Source: Asterias rubens (lineage: Eukaryota). From it: a DNA stretch of 64,000 nucleotides. The notes beneath the pieces are model-generated. The model was not told the DNA's origin, did no database searches, and saw nothing but the letters and a program-made list of their open reading frames with translations. The stretch's first letter is position 1. Each line of letters starts with the position of its first letter. Where the stretch lies: assembly GCF_902459465.1 (NCBI RefSeq), contig NC_047062.1, positions 9,114,001 to 9,178,000 of the forward strand, read 5' to 3'. Made by a program: the position numbers and the translations under genes. Shown here piece by piece: positions 24,853 to 36,940 of this stretch.

Positions 24853-27800
24853 ATGAGTACCACTATCCCCTGCCCAGCACCTGCCTGCACCATGACATGG
24901 CCCACTTCCACACTTCGAGGTATTGCTCAGCCTGATCAATCTGCATGGGAGGACTGCTCACCCAGTCGACCAGGCCCCCACACCTGCACCTGCCCCAGGG
25001 GCAGCCAAGGCTGAGAAGGTGAAACGGCCTGCTATATTGGCAGCTGGCACAAGTGAAGAATGGGCGTACTTTGAACAACAGTGGTCAGACTACAAGGCAG
25101 CCACACATCTCACAGGCTCAGACATCGTCTTCCAGCTTCTTGAGTGTTGCGATGAGGCACTTCGCAAAGACCTCACACGGACCTTCGGTACCCTCGCCTC
25201 CAGTGATGAACAGACCATTCTCAGCAACATGAAGACACTCGCCGTCCGTCAGGAAAACATAATGGTCTCACGGATGCAACTCCAACAAACGCGCCAGGAC
25301 CGCGACGAGCCAGTACGGGCCTTCTCAGCCCGCCTCAGAGGTCAGGCAGGAGTATGTAGTTTCAAGATTGAGTGTACCTGCAAAACACAGGTCGATTACA
25401 GCAACATTATGATTAGGGACGCTCTCATCCGGGGACTCGAGGATGAAGAGATCCGCTTGGACATTCTCTGTGAATCGAGACAAGACATGTCGCTGGAGGA
25501 GGCACTCAGGTACGTCGACGCCAAGGAGAGTGGCAAGAGGTCAGCTAGCCGCCTCCTTGAGGGCGGCACCACTACAACTGTGTTGGCCGCTAGCTCCTAC
25601 AGGCGCCAAGAGAGGGGGCGACTGCGAACCCTACCTGCTACTACGGGACCCGCAACCTCGCTCTGCGGTCACTGTGGCAAACCAGGCCACGGACGTGGCA
25701 GACAGGACCGTATGAAGAAATGCACAGCCTACAACCACAAGTGCACCAAATGTGGCATCCTTCACCACTACGAAGACGTTTGTCGTCAGTCACTGCGCAA
25801 GCAACACCAGCCAGCAACCCTCACCGTACCTCTACCAGGAGATGACGCCACCGCCATCTTTGACTCCCTATGCTCCGTTAGCGATATCCCGACACACAGC
25901 GCCCATGCAATCACACTCCAGCACCATGTCTACAATGAGTTCTGCGATGCTTGGGAGAAGCGGGCATCCGACCCCCAACCCTTCATCGATGTCTCCATCA
26001 AGGCTGTCCCGTCCGATGCCCGAGCCCTCGGCTTCCCCACCTCCATCCTCAGCCCAACTTCCGCTGTCTCCTACCCTGCCATGGCCGACACTGGATGCCA
26101 GTCATGCTTAGCTGGCACGAAGCTCCTACCCAAACTAGGACTCAGTAGGCATCACCTCCTCCCTGTCACTATGAAAATGACTGCTGCCGACAACCGTAGC
26201 ATTGACATTGCAGGTGCCATTGTCCTGAGAATCTCTGGGACTTCCCCTTCAAAGGAGACAATTGAGACGCGTCAAATAGTATACTTCACTGACTCCTCTG
26301 ACAGGCTGTTTTTATCCAAACAAGCTTGTGTAGCCCTCGGCGTGATATCTCACAAGTTCCCCTCAATTGGTGAGGCACACGAGCCTAGCAGTACCAGTGT
26401 CAATTCCTGCAACGCCCCCGATGTCAAGCACCACCACCTCCTCCCACATCACTCCCACTCCCAGCCACAGAGGAGAACCGAAATAGGCTTGAAAAGTGGC
26501 TGCTCGAACACTACCAGTCAAGCACCTTCAATGTATGCGAACATCAGCCACTTTCCATGATGTCTGGCCCCCCAATGCACCTCATGATCAAGCCTGACGC
26601 TCAGCCGGTGGCTCACCACACGCCCATCCCTGTCCCTGTTCACTGGCAGGACGACGTGAAGGCAGGCCTAGACCAAGACGTTCGCCTCGGTGTCATTGAA
26701 CCAGTCCCTATCGGCACACCCGTTACTTGGTGCCACAAAATGGTGAACTGCCCCAAGAAGTCAGGCAAGCCAAGGCGGACAGTTGACCTCCAACTACTTA
26801 ACCACCATGCTCTCCGTGAGACACACCACACCCAGTCACCCTTCTACCAGGCACGTACAGTACCCCCTCACACACGCAAGACTGTCTTTGATGCATGGAA
26901 TGGCTACCACAGCATCGCCCTTGATGAACGAGACGGCCACCTCACAACATTCATCACCCCATGGGGTCGCTATCGGTACCGAGTTGCCCCACAAGGCTAC
27001 ATCGCCTCGGGAGACGGTTACAGCCGCCGCTTCGACGAGATCGTTTCAGACATCCCACGGAAAACCAAGTGCGTAGACGACACCCTTATGTGAACTGACA
27101 CGATTGAGGAGGCATTCTTCCAGGCAGTTGAATGGCTAGACATTTGTGGCCGTAACGGCGTCACACTGAACCCCTCTAAGTTCATATTTGCCCAGACAAC
27201 AGTGGAATTCGCGGGCTTCGAACTCACCCCAACCACTGTACGTCCCTGCCCTCGCTATCTTGAGGCCATCCAGAACTTCCCTACCCCCCACAACATCACT
27301 GATGTCCTCAGCTGGTTTGGCCTGGTCAACCAGGGGTGCGTTCCACTCGCGCAAACGTTGCCAACAGTTGCGCACGTTCGCCAACAATTTCTAGTGGAAC
27401 GAGTTGTTCGCCGCCACCGTTGGCGAACGTTGGCAACTTTAGGCGAACATACTTCGGAGGTGTTGGCGAGTGATTTTTAAAATGGCGGACAAGCATACGG
27501 TATTATTTCTTTGTCACAAACATAATTACATTGTATTTTCGGTGGATGATAATGCAGATTTGGAATAACAAAGTTAATTAGTTGATGTAATGATGTCAAA
27601 AAGAGGACTATTGCAGCAAAAACGAAGTTTTAAAAAAAACCTACGTATGGTTCGCGCCATCTTCAATTCAGGGCACCGCCATATTGACATCGCGTATACG
27701 CACCAGTTGCGAGTCGTTTGCGCGAGTGGAACGCACCCCAGGTCTCATACGCCTTTGCCGCCACTGAATGAATGCTGCCCTTCCACCAACTCCTCAAACA

Positions 27801-29740
27801 GGGCACCCGTTTCATCTGGACAGACCAATTGGACCGTCTCTTCCAGGAGTCTAAGTCCCTGATCATCAATGAGATCCATAAGGGGGTGGAGATCTTTGAC
27901 AAGACCAAGCCGACCTGCCTCGACACTGACTGGTGCAAAGAGGGTCTTGGGTTCTGGTTGTTCGCGAAGCACTGCACCTGCTCTTCCTCCAACCCCTTTT
28001 GCTGTAAGACTGGTTGAAAAATTACCCTCGTCGGAAGTCGCTTCACTTCGGGGGCTGAATCCCGCTATGCCCCAGTGGAGGGGGAGGCCCTAGCAGTTGT
28101 TGATGCACTCGACAAGGCACGTCACTTCACACTTGGCTGCTCTGACCTCATCGTTGCAGTGTATCACAAGCCCCTCCTGAAAACATTCGGCGACCGCTGC
28201 CTCAACGACATACCCAACCCTCGCCTGCGCAACCTCAAAGAGAAGTCTCTTCGCTACCGCTTCCGCATCGTTCACATACCCGGCCTACGCCACGCCGCAG
28301 CCGACGCCGTCTCTCGCCACCCTGTTGGCAAGCCAACGCCGATGACCCTCCCAGATGATGTTGCAACCGTACTCAACCCCCACACTCAGCTCCCCACGTT
28401 TGAACTGCCACACTCCTTCCTCAGGGCCCTTAGCACACTCGATCAGGACACAGCTCATGTTTGCTCCCAGGCGACCTCACCTCCCACTGCAGTGATTAAG
28501 TCAGTTACGTGGGATGACGTCTGCCTTGCTACAGTCAGTGACCCCTCCATGTCAAGATTGATTGACCTCATTGATGACTTCCCTGTGCTCCGTGGTGACC
28601 TTCCTCCTGAACTCCGCCAGTATCACCAGTTTCGTGACGGCCTGACCAGTTTTGACGGGGTAGTCCTCTACAACGACCGCATTGTCATCCCCCCATCCAT
28701 CCGCGATCGCATACTTCAGGCCCTGCACTCAGCTCATCAGGGTGTCTCACAAATGTGTTCACGGGCGGAATCATCATTCTTCTGGCCAGGTATGACACCT
28801 GCTATTACAGAGATGCAGGCACGCTGCTCATCATGCAACCGCATGGCACCCTCACAGCCGAACGCACACCCCACCCCTCCACTCAACCCAGTCTACCCAT
28901 TCCAGTGCCTTGTGTCCGACTACTTCCACTACCGTGGCCGGCACTACTTGGTGGCTGTGGATAGATACAGCAACTGGCCAATTGTGGAAGAATCTGCTAA
29001 TGGCGCGGCCGGACTTATTTTTGCCCTGCGTCGCATCTTTGTTACCTACAGCATCAGTGACGAACTAACATCCGATGTCTAGCACAACAACCACATTCCT
29101 GCGCCATTGGGGTGTGACCCATCGCATGTCATCGGTCGCCTTCCCCCACAGCAATTGCCGTGCAGAAGTGGGAGTAAAAACTGTGAAAGGCCTCATTACA
29201 GACAACACAGACGCCAATGGCTCACTGAACACAGACGCGTTCCAGAGGGCCATGCTCCAGTACCGCAACACCCCTGACCGCGAAACGCACCTCTCTCCAG
29301 CCATGTGCATCTTCGGACGAACCATTAGAGACTTCATCCCCATTCATCCTGGCAAGTACCAACCCCACACGACATGGAAGGCGACCCTCCTCTCGCGGGA
29401 AGAGGCCCTGCGCAACCGCCACATGCGTGCTGCTGAACGCCTTTCCCAACACACACGTGTCCTTCCCCCACTAGTCGTTGGGGACTTTGTCCGCATCCAA
29501 AACCAGACAGGCCCCAGCCCCACCAAATGGGACAAGACTGGTATCGTGGTTGAGGTGCGCCAGTTTGACCAATATGTCGTGAGAGTGGATGGCTCTGGAC
29601 GTGTCACACTTCGTAACAGAAAATTCCTTCGCAAGTATATGCCCGTGCTACCCCGTGCACCTTTGGCTATGGCCCCCGGCCCAGCAGCAGTCTTGATTTC
29701 TCCAGCCAAGGTGGCAACACCTGCATCTCGCCGCCCTGTC
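24853..29740 (+). pseudogene. Disrupted gag-pol polyprotein of the Gypsy element
   Basis: Gag CGHCGKPGH...C and CTKCGILHHYEDVC; protease MADTGCQS; RT DAWNGYHSI, APQGY, KCVDD; RNase H TDWCKEGLG, EGEALAV, ADAVSR; integrase H.AHQG...C..C, DYF, TSD, RAEVGVK. Lesions: frameshifts near 24910, 26420 and 29075; TGA stops at 27091, 27769 and 28015; MITE insertions at 27334 and 29741. Confidence 0.95.
27334..27738. mobile_element. PIF/Harbinger-like MITE (405 bp) inserted in the Gypsy RT
   Basis: Perfect 24-bp TIR GGGTGCGTTCCACTCGCGCAAACG; 3-bp TSD CAG at 27331-27333 and 27739-27741; removing it restores WFGLVNQVSYAF. Confidence 0.93.
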
Positions 29741-30349
29741 CAGACATGCCAACCTCTGGGATCACAAAACTGTATTCTGAAACCCCAAAACCTGTATTTT
29801 GCATCAAAAACCTGTGTATTTTTTTTTTAACACGCGTAAACGTAGTTTTATACCCCGAGACAGGCAAAATAGAGGTGTGAAGGCCATTAAGTTATCAAAC
29901 AGCCTAATTAAACCAGTTAATTAAAATCTCGCTTCAGGCGCTCTATATCTTTTGTGTCTTTATTTTGACAAAAAATTCTTTTGCAAACTCGATTCGTCCG
30001 TTCACAAAACGACCGATACCATATAAGGGCATTTGACAACAGCACCCTCTGTTGTTCAATGAATTGTGTTAGACGGGTTCCCTGTGAAATCGGGACGTCA
30101 GATAAACTGGCGTGTAGTATGCAATGCAGGTTTGTGCTACTAGCGTGCGTGCAATGATGGATGCGAGGGAATCTCCGTTGCGCTGTGGTGAAAGTTGAAT
30201 AAGGAATACCCCCGTGGAATAATAGAGTTCACTGGATAATCATTATCGGCCGTAAGTAGTCGGCCGAAAACTTATTTGTGTCAATAAAAAAATATTGAAC
30301 TTGAGTTAAAAAAGGGCACGACGGCCAACTGGGATAAAATTGTATTTTT
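29741..30349 (+). mobile_element. Second, right-truncated copy of the CAGACATGCCAAC element, inserted at the end of the Gypsy integrase
   Basis: About 185 bp of the left end and about 300 bp of the right part are near-identical to 23381-24100; the central segment differs and the right TIR is missing. Confidence 0.88.
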
Positions 30350-30519
30350 CGTCAGACCAGCTGACAGTCTATGGAGACTTTGTTACAGCATTATCATTTT
30401 ATGGAGGAACCTCCAGTTCTCTAGTTCCTATACATTCCGTTCCTCCACCGAGTTGTGTTCATCTGGTGCTGTTTACATATCAGTCTCTTTGTCGCTTCCC
30501 TCCAACGACTTGGGGGGCA

Positions 30520-30622
30520 TAGAGAACTATGACTCTTGCTTCTTATAAGTTGCCCTGTTCTTTATTTAATTTCAGATTCTGTCAGCATTGCTTTAATCAG
30601 CAAATAGTCTTATACTTATTTA
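30520..30622 (+). repeat. 3' LTR (103 bp)
   Basis: Identical to the 5' LTR except two transitions (GATCC/GATTC, TCAAC/TCAGC); preceded by GGGGGGCA. Confidence 0.9.
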
Positions 30623-31392
30623 TAGATGATATATTGAACAAATGGAACACTGTCATGATTGTAAAAAACTATGTGAACAAATTACACCTCGTATATCTAT
30701 TTCTAAAATGATGTAATTGCTAAGATACATGTAAAATGTACCTCTTTACAGGCCTTGAAATGCCCAGTGCTATTGCCGTGATGCCCTCGAAAATTAGTTC
30801 ATTTTGTCTTGTTGTTTTGTTGGGAATTTTGTGCGTGGTGTTTTTGCGTGGTGTTTTTTTTGCATGGTAAACAAAACAAGAGGTACCTCCGTCTTTGATG
30901 TTTCTGGATTTAGTCTTCATGTTCCAGATCTCAGTTTCTTGAGCCAAGACTTGGCACCCTTTCACTTTACGCACAACATTGAATATACTACAAGTAATAC
31001 TACTAAGTATTTCACTCTTAAAGGCACTGGACACTATTCATAATTACTCAAAATAATTGTTAGCAAGCATAAAAAACTTACTTGTTAACGAGCAATGGAG
31101 AGCTGTTGTTAGTGTAAAACATTGTGAGAAACGACTCCCTCTGAAGTTACGTAGTTTTTGAGAAAGAAGTAATTTCTACGTAAAATATTTGAAATGATTT
31201 TGAGACCTCATATGTCTCACAATCAAGCAGCTAAAAGCATACAACTTTGTGTGAAAAGGGTGGGTTTTTTTTTTCAATTTTTGTCTCGCAACTTAGACGA
31301 CCAATTGATTTCAAATTTTCACAGGTTTGTTATTTTGTGCATATGTGTAGATACACTGAGTGAAAAGACTGGTCTTTGACAAGTGCCTTTAA

Positions 31393-31735
31393 AGCCATTG
31401 GACACTTTCGGTAAACAGTATTGTCCAAGGCCCACACTTCGTGTATCACAACTTATATATATAAAATAACAAACCTGTGAAAATTTAGGCTCAATTGGTC
31501 ATCGGAGTCAGGAGAAAATAACTGGAAAACCCACCCTTGTTTCTGCACGTTTTGCCGTGTCATGACATGTGTTTAAAATAAATCCATAATTCTCGATATC
31601 GAAAATTGATATTGGTTTAATGTTTTCTCAAAAAGTAAAGCATTTCATGGAATAATATTTCAAGAGAAGTCTTTCACCATTACCTTCTGTAAACCCTGTA
31701 AGTTATTTGTAAATCCGTCAACTTCAAAAAAAAAG
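31393..31735 (+). mobile_element. Related TTAA-type MITE abutting the copy at 31022-31388
   Basis: Starts AGCCATTGGACACTTTCGG right after the shared TTAA (31389-31392); body resembles the family (AAAATAACAAACCTGTGAAAATT). Confidence 0.75.
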
Positions 31736-32139
31736 ACTTTATAAAATCATGTAGGGCCACTCAAACTAGAACTATTGCATTGTACATTAAGGTTGACTTG
31801 TAATCTCAAATTTTCTACACACACGTAAAACCCTCAATAACTTTCTAGAATTCAAATGGTTAAAATAAACTACACTACATACACACAAACAAGAATTCTT
31901 GAGAAACAAAACTGATCCTCCTAAAAAAGGGCAAATGATTGTCCCGATCACATAACCACAGGCTTGGTATTAAGAAGTGCAAGGCATACTTTCATTGACC
32001 AAGGGCACCGATGTGAGGGAAGCGTAAAGTTGTAGGTATGCTAGAATATTGCACTAGTCAACAGGCCGTAAAAGCCTAAACCAAAGGTGAGGTAACGAAG
32101 ATGAGGTCTTTAGTCCATAACCCTGCAAGGTTTAAAATG

Positions 32140-32660
32140 GTCATTCATAAATACCTCAGACAGTTTCGCTATTCCTAATGGTGCAGAGCGCGTCACGTGG
32201 GTGTGTATAGACCTTTGTTTATGACCGGTAAAAAGTGTTAATTCATGAGCCTGACACGCGACCTTGCACCTGTTCTTTTAAGACAGTTTCCTCATTCCTA
32301 TTGGTCGAGAGCAACGGCTGAAACAGTTGTACCATATCACGCGATACGCGCGACGCGCACAGCATTCCCTTATATGGAGTTGTTTACCCTAGGGCGGCGG
32401 AGGGCTTTACCATTTTATAGCTGGAGGGGTGTTGTTGTGTTGAAAGAAATCATTTAACAATTATAATTTTTGCATTTATTTTACTTTTTGACCAAAAAGT
32501 GATGATGTTTTTGACCGAAAAGGTATTTATGATTGGGAATCAAAGTGTGTTGAATCGGTTTTCAACTAGTGGTTTAAACCCGCCGAGGCCTGGTTCTTTA
32601 TAATTTACCTCGTTGGGATTAGACCACTAGTTGAAAACCTCTTCACCACACATTGATTCC
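32140..32660 (+). repeat. Dispersed repeat; related copy in opposite orientation at 38220-38580
   Basis: CATTCATAAATACCTCAGACAGTTTCGC...GCGTCAC and AAAAGGTATTTATGATTGGGAAT ends are mirrored at 38500-38578 and 38225-38250. Confidence 0.65.
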
Positions 32661-35600
32661 CTCATTTAGGACAGGGCACCAAGTCTTTCATTCCCAGTGA
32701 TAAATACCTTTCTGTTAATAACACCCAAAAACCTGTACACAAATTTCCTTGACATGGCATTGTATTTCTATCACATGTTGAGGGCTAAATAGCGCTCGCA
32801 CAAGTACAACATGCGTGAGATAAATAGCAACAGAGCCTTTTTTACACACGCACAATGTAAACTAGAAATTGAAGATAAAAGCCTGTTTTAAGGAGAAATT
32901 GTTGCTGATGAGAAAATTGTGCTGGCTGAAAATTTTAGGAAAGTATTTTGACCTCCGAATTTATACAACTTATTGATTTTTGATTAAGCTCCAAGTGTTG
33001 GGGAAAATGCCTTTTGAGCCATTAAAATGTTAGAGCAACCCCTACGATCCACACTTGCAATGACACAAAGGATGCACCAGTCTCACACTGCATACACACA
33101 CATTTTCAGAGACATCATAATACAAATTTCTTTTAAAATGCTGGTGGCAATGTCCAAGTTAAGTGAAAAGTAATAATAAATTAAAAGTAATAATACTTCC
33201 TGAACAACAATAATAACAGCACACATCACAACTGTCACAAAGGTTGGCGAACACCATTTTAATATCTGAAACTGTGCAACTAGCTGTGACAATCAGAGGA
33301 TTTGAGGTTAAATCTCTAATTTAGGATTATTATATAAAAAATGGAATGGCCCAACTGAAAACCCACCCACAAAAATATGATATAGGAGAAGTCATTATTT
33401 ACAAATACAACAATTAGGCAGGGCGCCCCAGTTTATGAACTGCTGTCTGTGCTCACCGTCACGGCACCACTGCAGTTCACTCGCGCCCTGCCCCCCTGCC
33501 TGCCCTGACTCGGTGACTGGGTCCACCAACAAGTATTACAAATAAAGAGGAATACAATTTAATTTGATTTTAAAAAGCAAAGAAAACCTTGTGTTGTTTT
33601 AAGTCCTCTCTTTATCTTCTACTGGCTTCTTCCTTGCACTGATAAACCGAACACATGCACATGATGTATGGACATTATGCACACACACACACACACACAC
33701 AGTTCGTACATGACTGCATATGCATGCATGCATGGCCTACTGCCGATTTTTACCCATTTATATTTCTACCTCCATACCACAACACTCAACAGTAAAGTTA
33801 TACACAGTGTAACGTAATGTACATCGTACATTGCTGTACATACCCACTAAATCACACACGAACTGACCGTAAAAATGCAGCCACATACACCAGATGGTTT
33901 TAACTGATGCCCATTTTCGTTTGCAAAATGCACCCTTTTCCGTGTGATAACACCGCACGGAAATCTACCCGAGTGTTCTAAAGACATTAAGGAGTAACCT
34001 TACAGCTGAAGTGAGGTTGCTTACCGGTGCTTTTAGGTAGAAATCTTCATGAGTTTCCTGTATGTCGAAGACTTTTGGGCCACGGAAACACAGCTTCGCT
34101 GATCCGCCGAGTTCCCGATGCCTAGCTCATTACTATGCATCGTGTGAGACGATTTACTTTGATAATAAATAAGATATACATCCGCCAACTTGACCTCACA
34201 ATATAGGTCATGCCGCTCAATAATGTACGCTCTGTTTCTATTCTTATAGATAATTCATTTGTTTTTGATAGAGGCTAAAAGATAATGTTTCTTCGATTTA
34301 ATAAATATTATTTATCATCCGTTCTTCAACTTAACGGGGGACCAAATCGTAATTGACATTGTATTCATCCGCGGCACTCGACCGGTGTATGTAAAGTTGC
34401 GGTAGATATAAGTAAATAAATAAATAAATACATAATGATTTATACATGACGTCACCTCCAAGCGCACTTATTGGTCTGGTCTAGTACCTTGTCTCGTTCA
34501 CCAAATGTTGGGGGTGCAATCGAGCAACCAGTTCACTGAGATTGCAGTTGCTGAGACCATCGCCAAAGCTTTACGGGAAAGCGGATTAACAACGCGTGGT
34601 TAATTTCCAGTTGTTCACTTTACACATAGCTTGAACAAAATCAATCAAAGTAACACAACTCAGTTAGCATGTGAAAGCACTCGTTTTAGTCGTAATTTAT
34701 GTTTGATGACGTGCATGACACAACTTGGGTTTGCAAAAAAATATATACACAGGGGGGGGGGACTTTTCTTTTTTAATAGACCCAGTATATTCAGGGAGGG
34801 GGGGGGCTAAAAAAAAAAATGTTGACATTGATTGCATTATGTTAATGCAAAGGATGTCAAAATCAGTACATAGCCCCAAATGGGTCTGGTGCCGATGTGC
34901 ACTATGAGTCCCGATAAAAAGAAGAAAAAACGGGTTGGGGGGGGGGGGGCACCACTTGATCTTTCAAATCTCATCATCAATCTCTCAAATCTTGCTGTTG
35001 ATCACAAATCATTCCAGCAATGTTGTTGTAAGATTTAAGTTTTTGAAACTAATGATAAAACTGTTGGGTGAAGGGGGGGTGGGGGGGGTGCACAAGTATT
35101 GGCGGGTGAAAACAAAATGTGGGATGTTCATCTGCCATCTGACTGAACGCGAAGCACTTACTTTATTTTGTTACTTGTCACTTTTTCGGTTATGCTGGTT
35201 AGCAATTGAATTTGAGCATTTGAATAAAATCGTCATGCAATGAGTCGATCCAAATTGTGCAGCTGCGTTTTTGTTTTTTTGTTTTTTGGGGTTTTTTTTG
35301 GGGGGGGGGTTACATAATATAATTTGAGTAAAAGGCTTACCAAAGGGACAATTATAGCAATCGAAATAACTTGACATAGATCTTGATTGAAATCAGAATC
35401 AAGTTGCCAGCTCCCCCATTCGAAAAAAAGTACCACTAGTAGACTAGCAGATACTTCCCCTAAAATAGTTTTGTAAGAAATTATGCGTAGCGCCCGCTAC
35501 GACAATATCACAATACTCTTTCATAAAACGTTTCAATTGTTTTGTTATTAATATTTTTCCTTGGCAAATAAATACTAATTGACGAGTAGAGTGTATTTGC

Positions 35601-36583
35601 GACAACTGAAATCGACAAAGTCAATGTAATTGTTTACAAAACAAATCAACAGAAAAAGAAGAAACTGCCAATGCACACCAAACCGACCGATAGAGAGACT
35701 AGCTTACCACTATTTGTTTAGCGCCCTCTATACGACGATTTGAAAGAAAAAACATTATTGCACTTTGAAATGGTCGTCTGTGCTGGACGGATTTGTTCAT
35801 CAGGTGAGATATTTTATCATTCATCTGGTGTGTCGTGTTTGCACAACCTGATGTTAATGTTCCGTGGTGGTATTTGAAGAATAATATCTTGTTCAGTGTA
35901 TTTATGTGGTTACATTATAATAATGTATATTAATTTAAGCGTAATTAACAGAGATGATAGTTGATGAATATGATGACACAAAAATATTGTGTAATGTAAA
36001 AATGGATACACCCGCTATTTAGTATTTTAGTATAAACACTGTCCAAACATGGACGTCGTGTGGATTCCTTACACTTACAGTAACACTCTCCCACGATGAC
36101 CTTTTCAAAAGTTAAAACATTTTAACATGGAGTCTCCCCCCCCCCCCAAAAAAAAAAATAGGTACAAATTTGACTTTTTGTCACTAGTCACTCACTGCTT
36201 TCTCCAGCCTCAGGGGTCAGCTCCTCCCCCCTATTTTATTAGAATTAGATTAGAATCTTTTCTTAACGACTTAATCTTTCTTCTTAGCAGTAATTCTACC
36301 TCCATGAATGATCTTAGGATTATACTTAACTATAGTTGCGATAACGTATAGATTCTTATTCTTTCAATTCATTGCATACAATAACTTAGTCTCAATTTGT
36401 CACCATTCATTATGTATACAATAATCCAATATTTTCATTCGGCTTTGTTGACTTTGCGAAAAAGAAGCCGAACCCAAATTTGACGCTACTGACGGCCAAG
36501 GCTGTTCCCACTACACTAATAAATTACATTCGTGTTCCAACATGCCCAATAATAATAATATGGCAATGTATGTTTTGACTTTT

Positions 36584-36940
36584 GGTGGCATGGTTGGCTT
36601 GTGTTGTGCGTAAAGTGCTCGCCTCTGAAGGTGACACCGGTTCGATTCCAGGCCAGGGCCATTTATGTGAGTTGAGATGGGCGTTGATTCTCTGCTGTGC
36701 CACAAGGGTTTTCCAGACTATCCGGTTTTCCTCCCTCGGGAAAAATCAAACACTTTCGATCTTGGCTATGCTCCGTGGTCAGTTGATGTGGCTGTCAGCT
36801 GAAGGCGCCCTTGCATGCCTGCTTCTCAAACATGTTGTAGCCGCGTCCTTCGCAATTCAGCTCTAGCTGTGAGTAAGGATGATTAGCCCCCAAATGATTT
36901 GTTTATTTATGTAGCCCCCAAATTATTTGTTTATTTATGT
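36584..36940 (+). mobile_element. tRNA-derived SINE with V-domain-like core
   Basis: B box GGTTCGATTCC; central GGGTTTTCCAGACTATCCGGTTTTCCTCCC resembles the V-SINE core; tail tandemly duplicated (gcccccaaat...gtttatttatgt twice). Confidence 0.7.

Larger units (their letters stand above)
24719..30622 (+). mobile_element. Full-length decayed Ty3/Gypsy LTR retrotransposon, Mag-like, 5904 bp including two nested MITEs
   Basis: Two 103-bp direct repeats with 2 differences; TAGAT duplicated at 24714-24718 and 30623-30627; G-run PPT at 30512-30517; domain order gag (two CCHC knuckles), protease (DTG), RT, RNase H, integrase (HHCC, DDE). Confidence 0.96.

Noticed and set aside
25443-29709. Many 60-130-aa alternative-frame and antisense ORFs inside the Gypsy element
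   Set aside because: Expected from the C-rich coding bias of gag-pol; no independent motifs.
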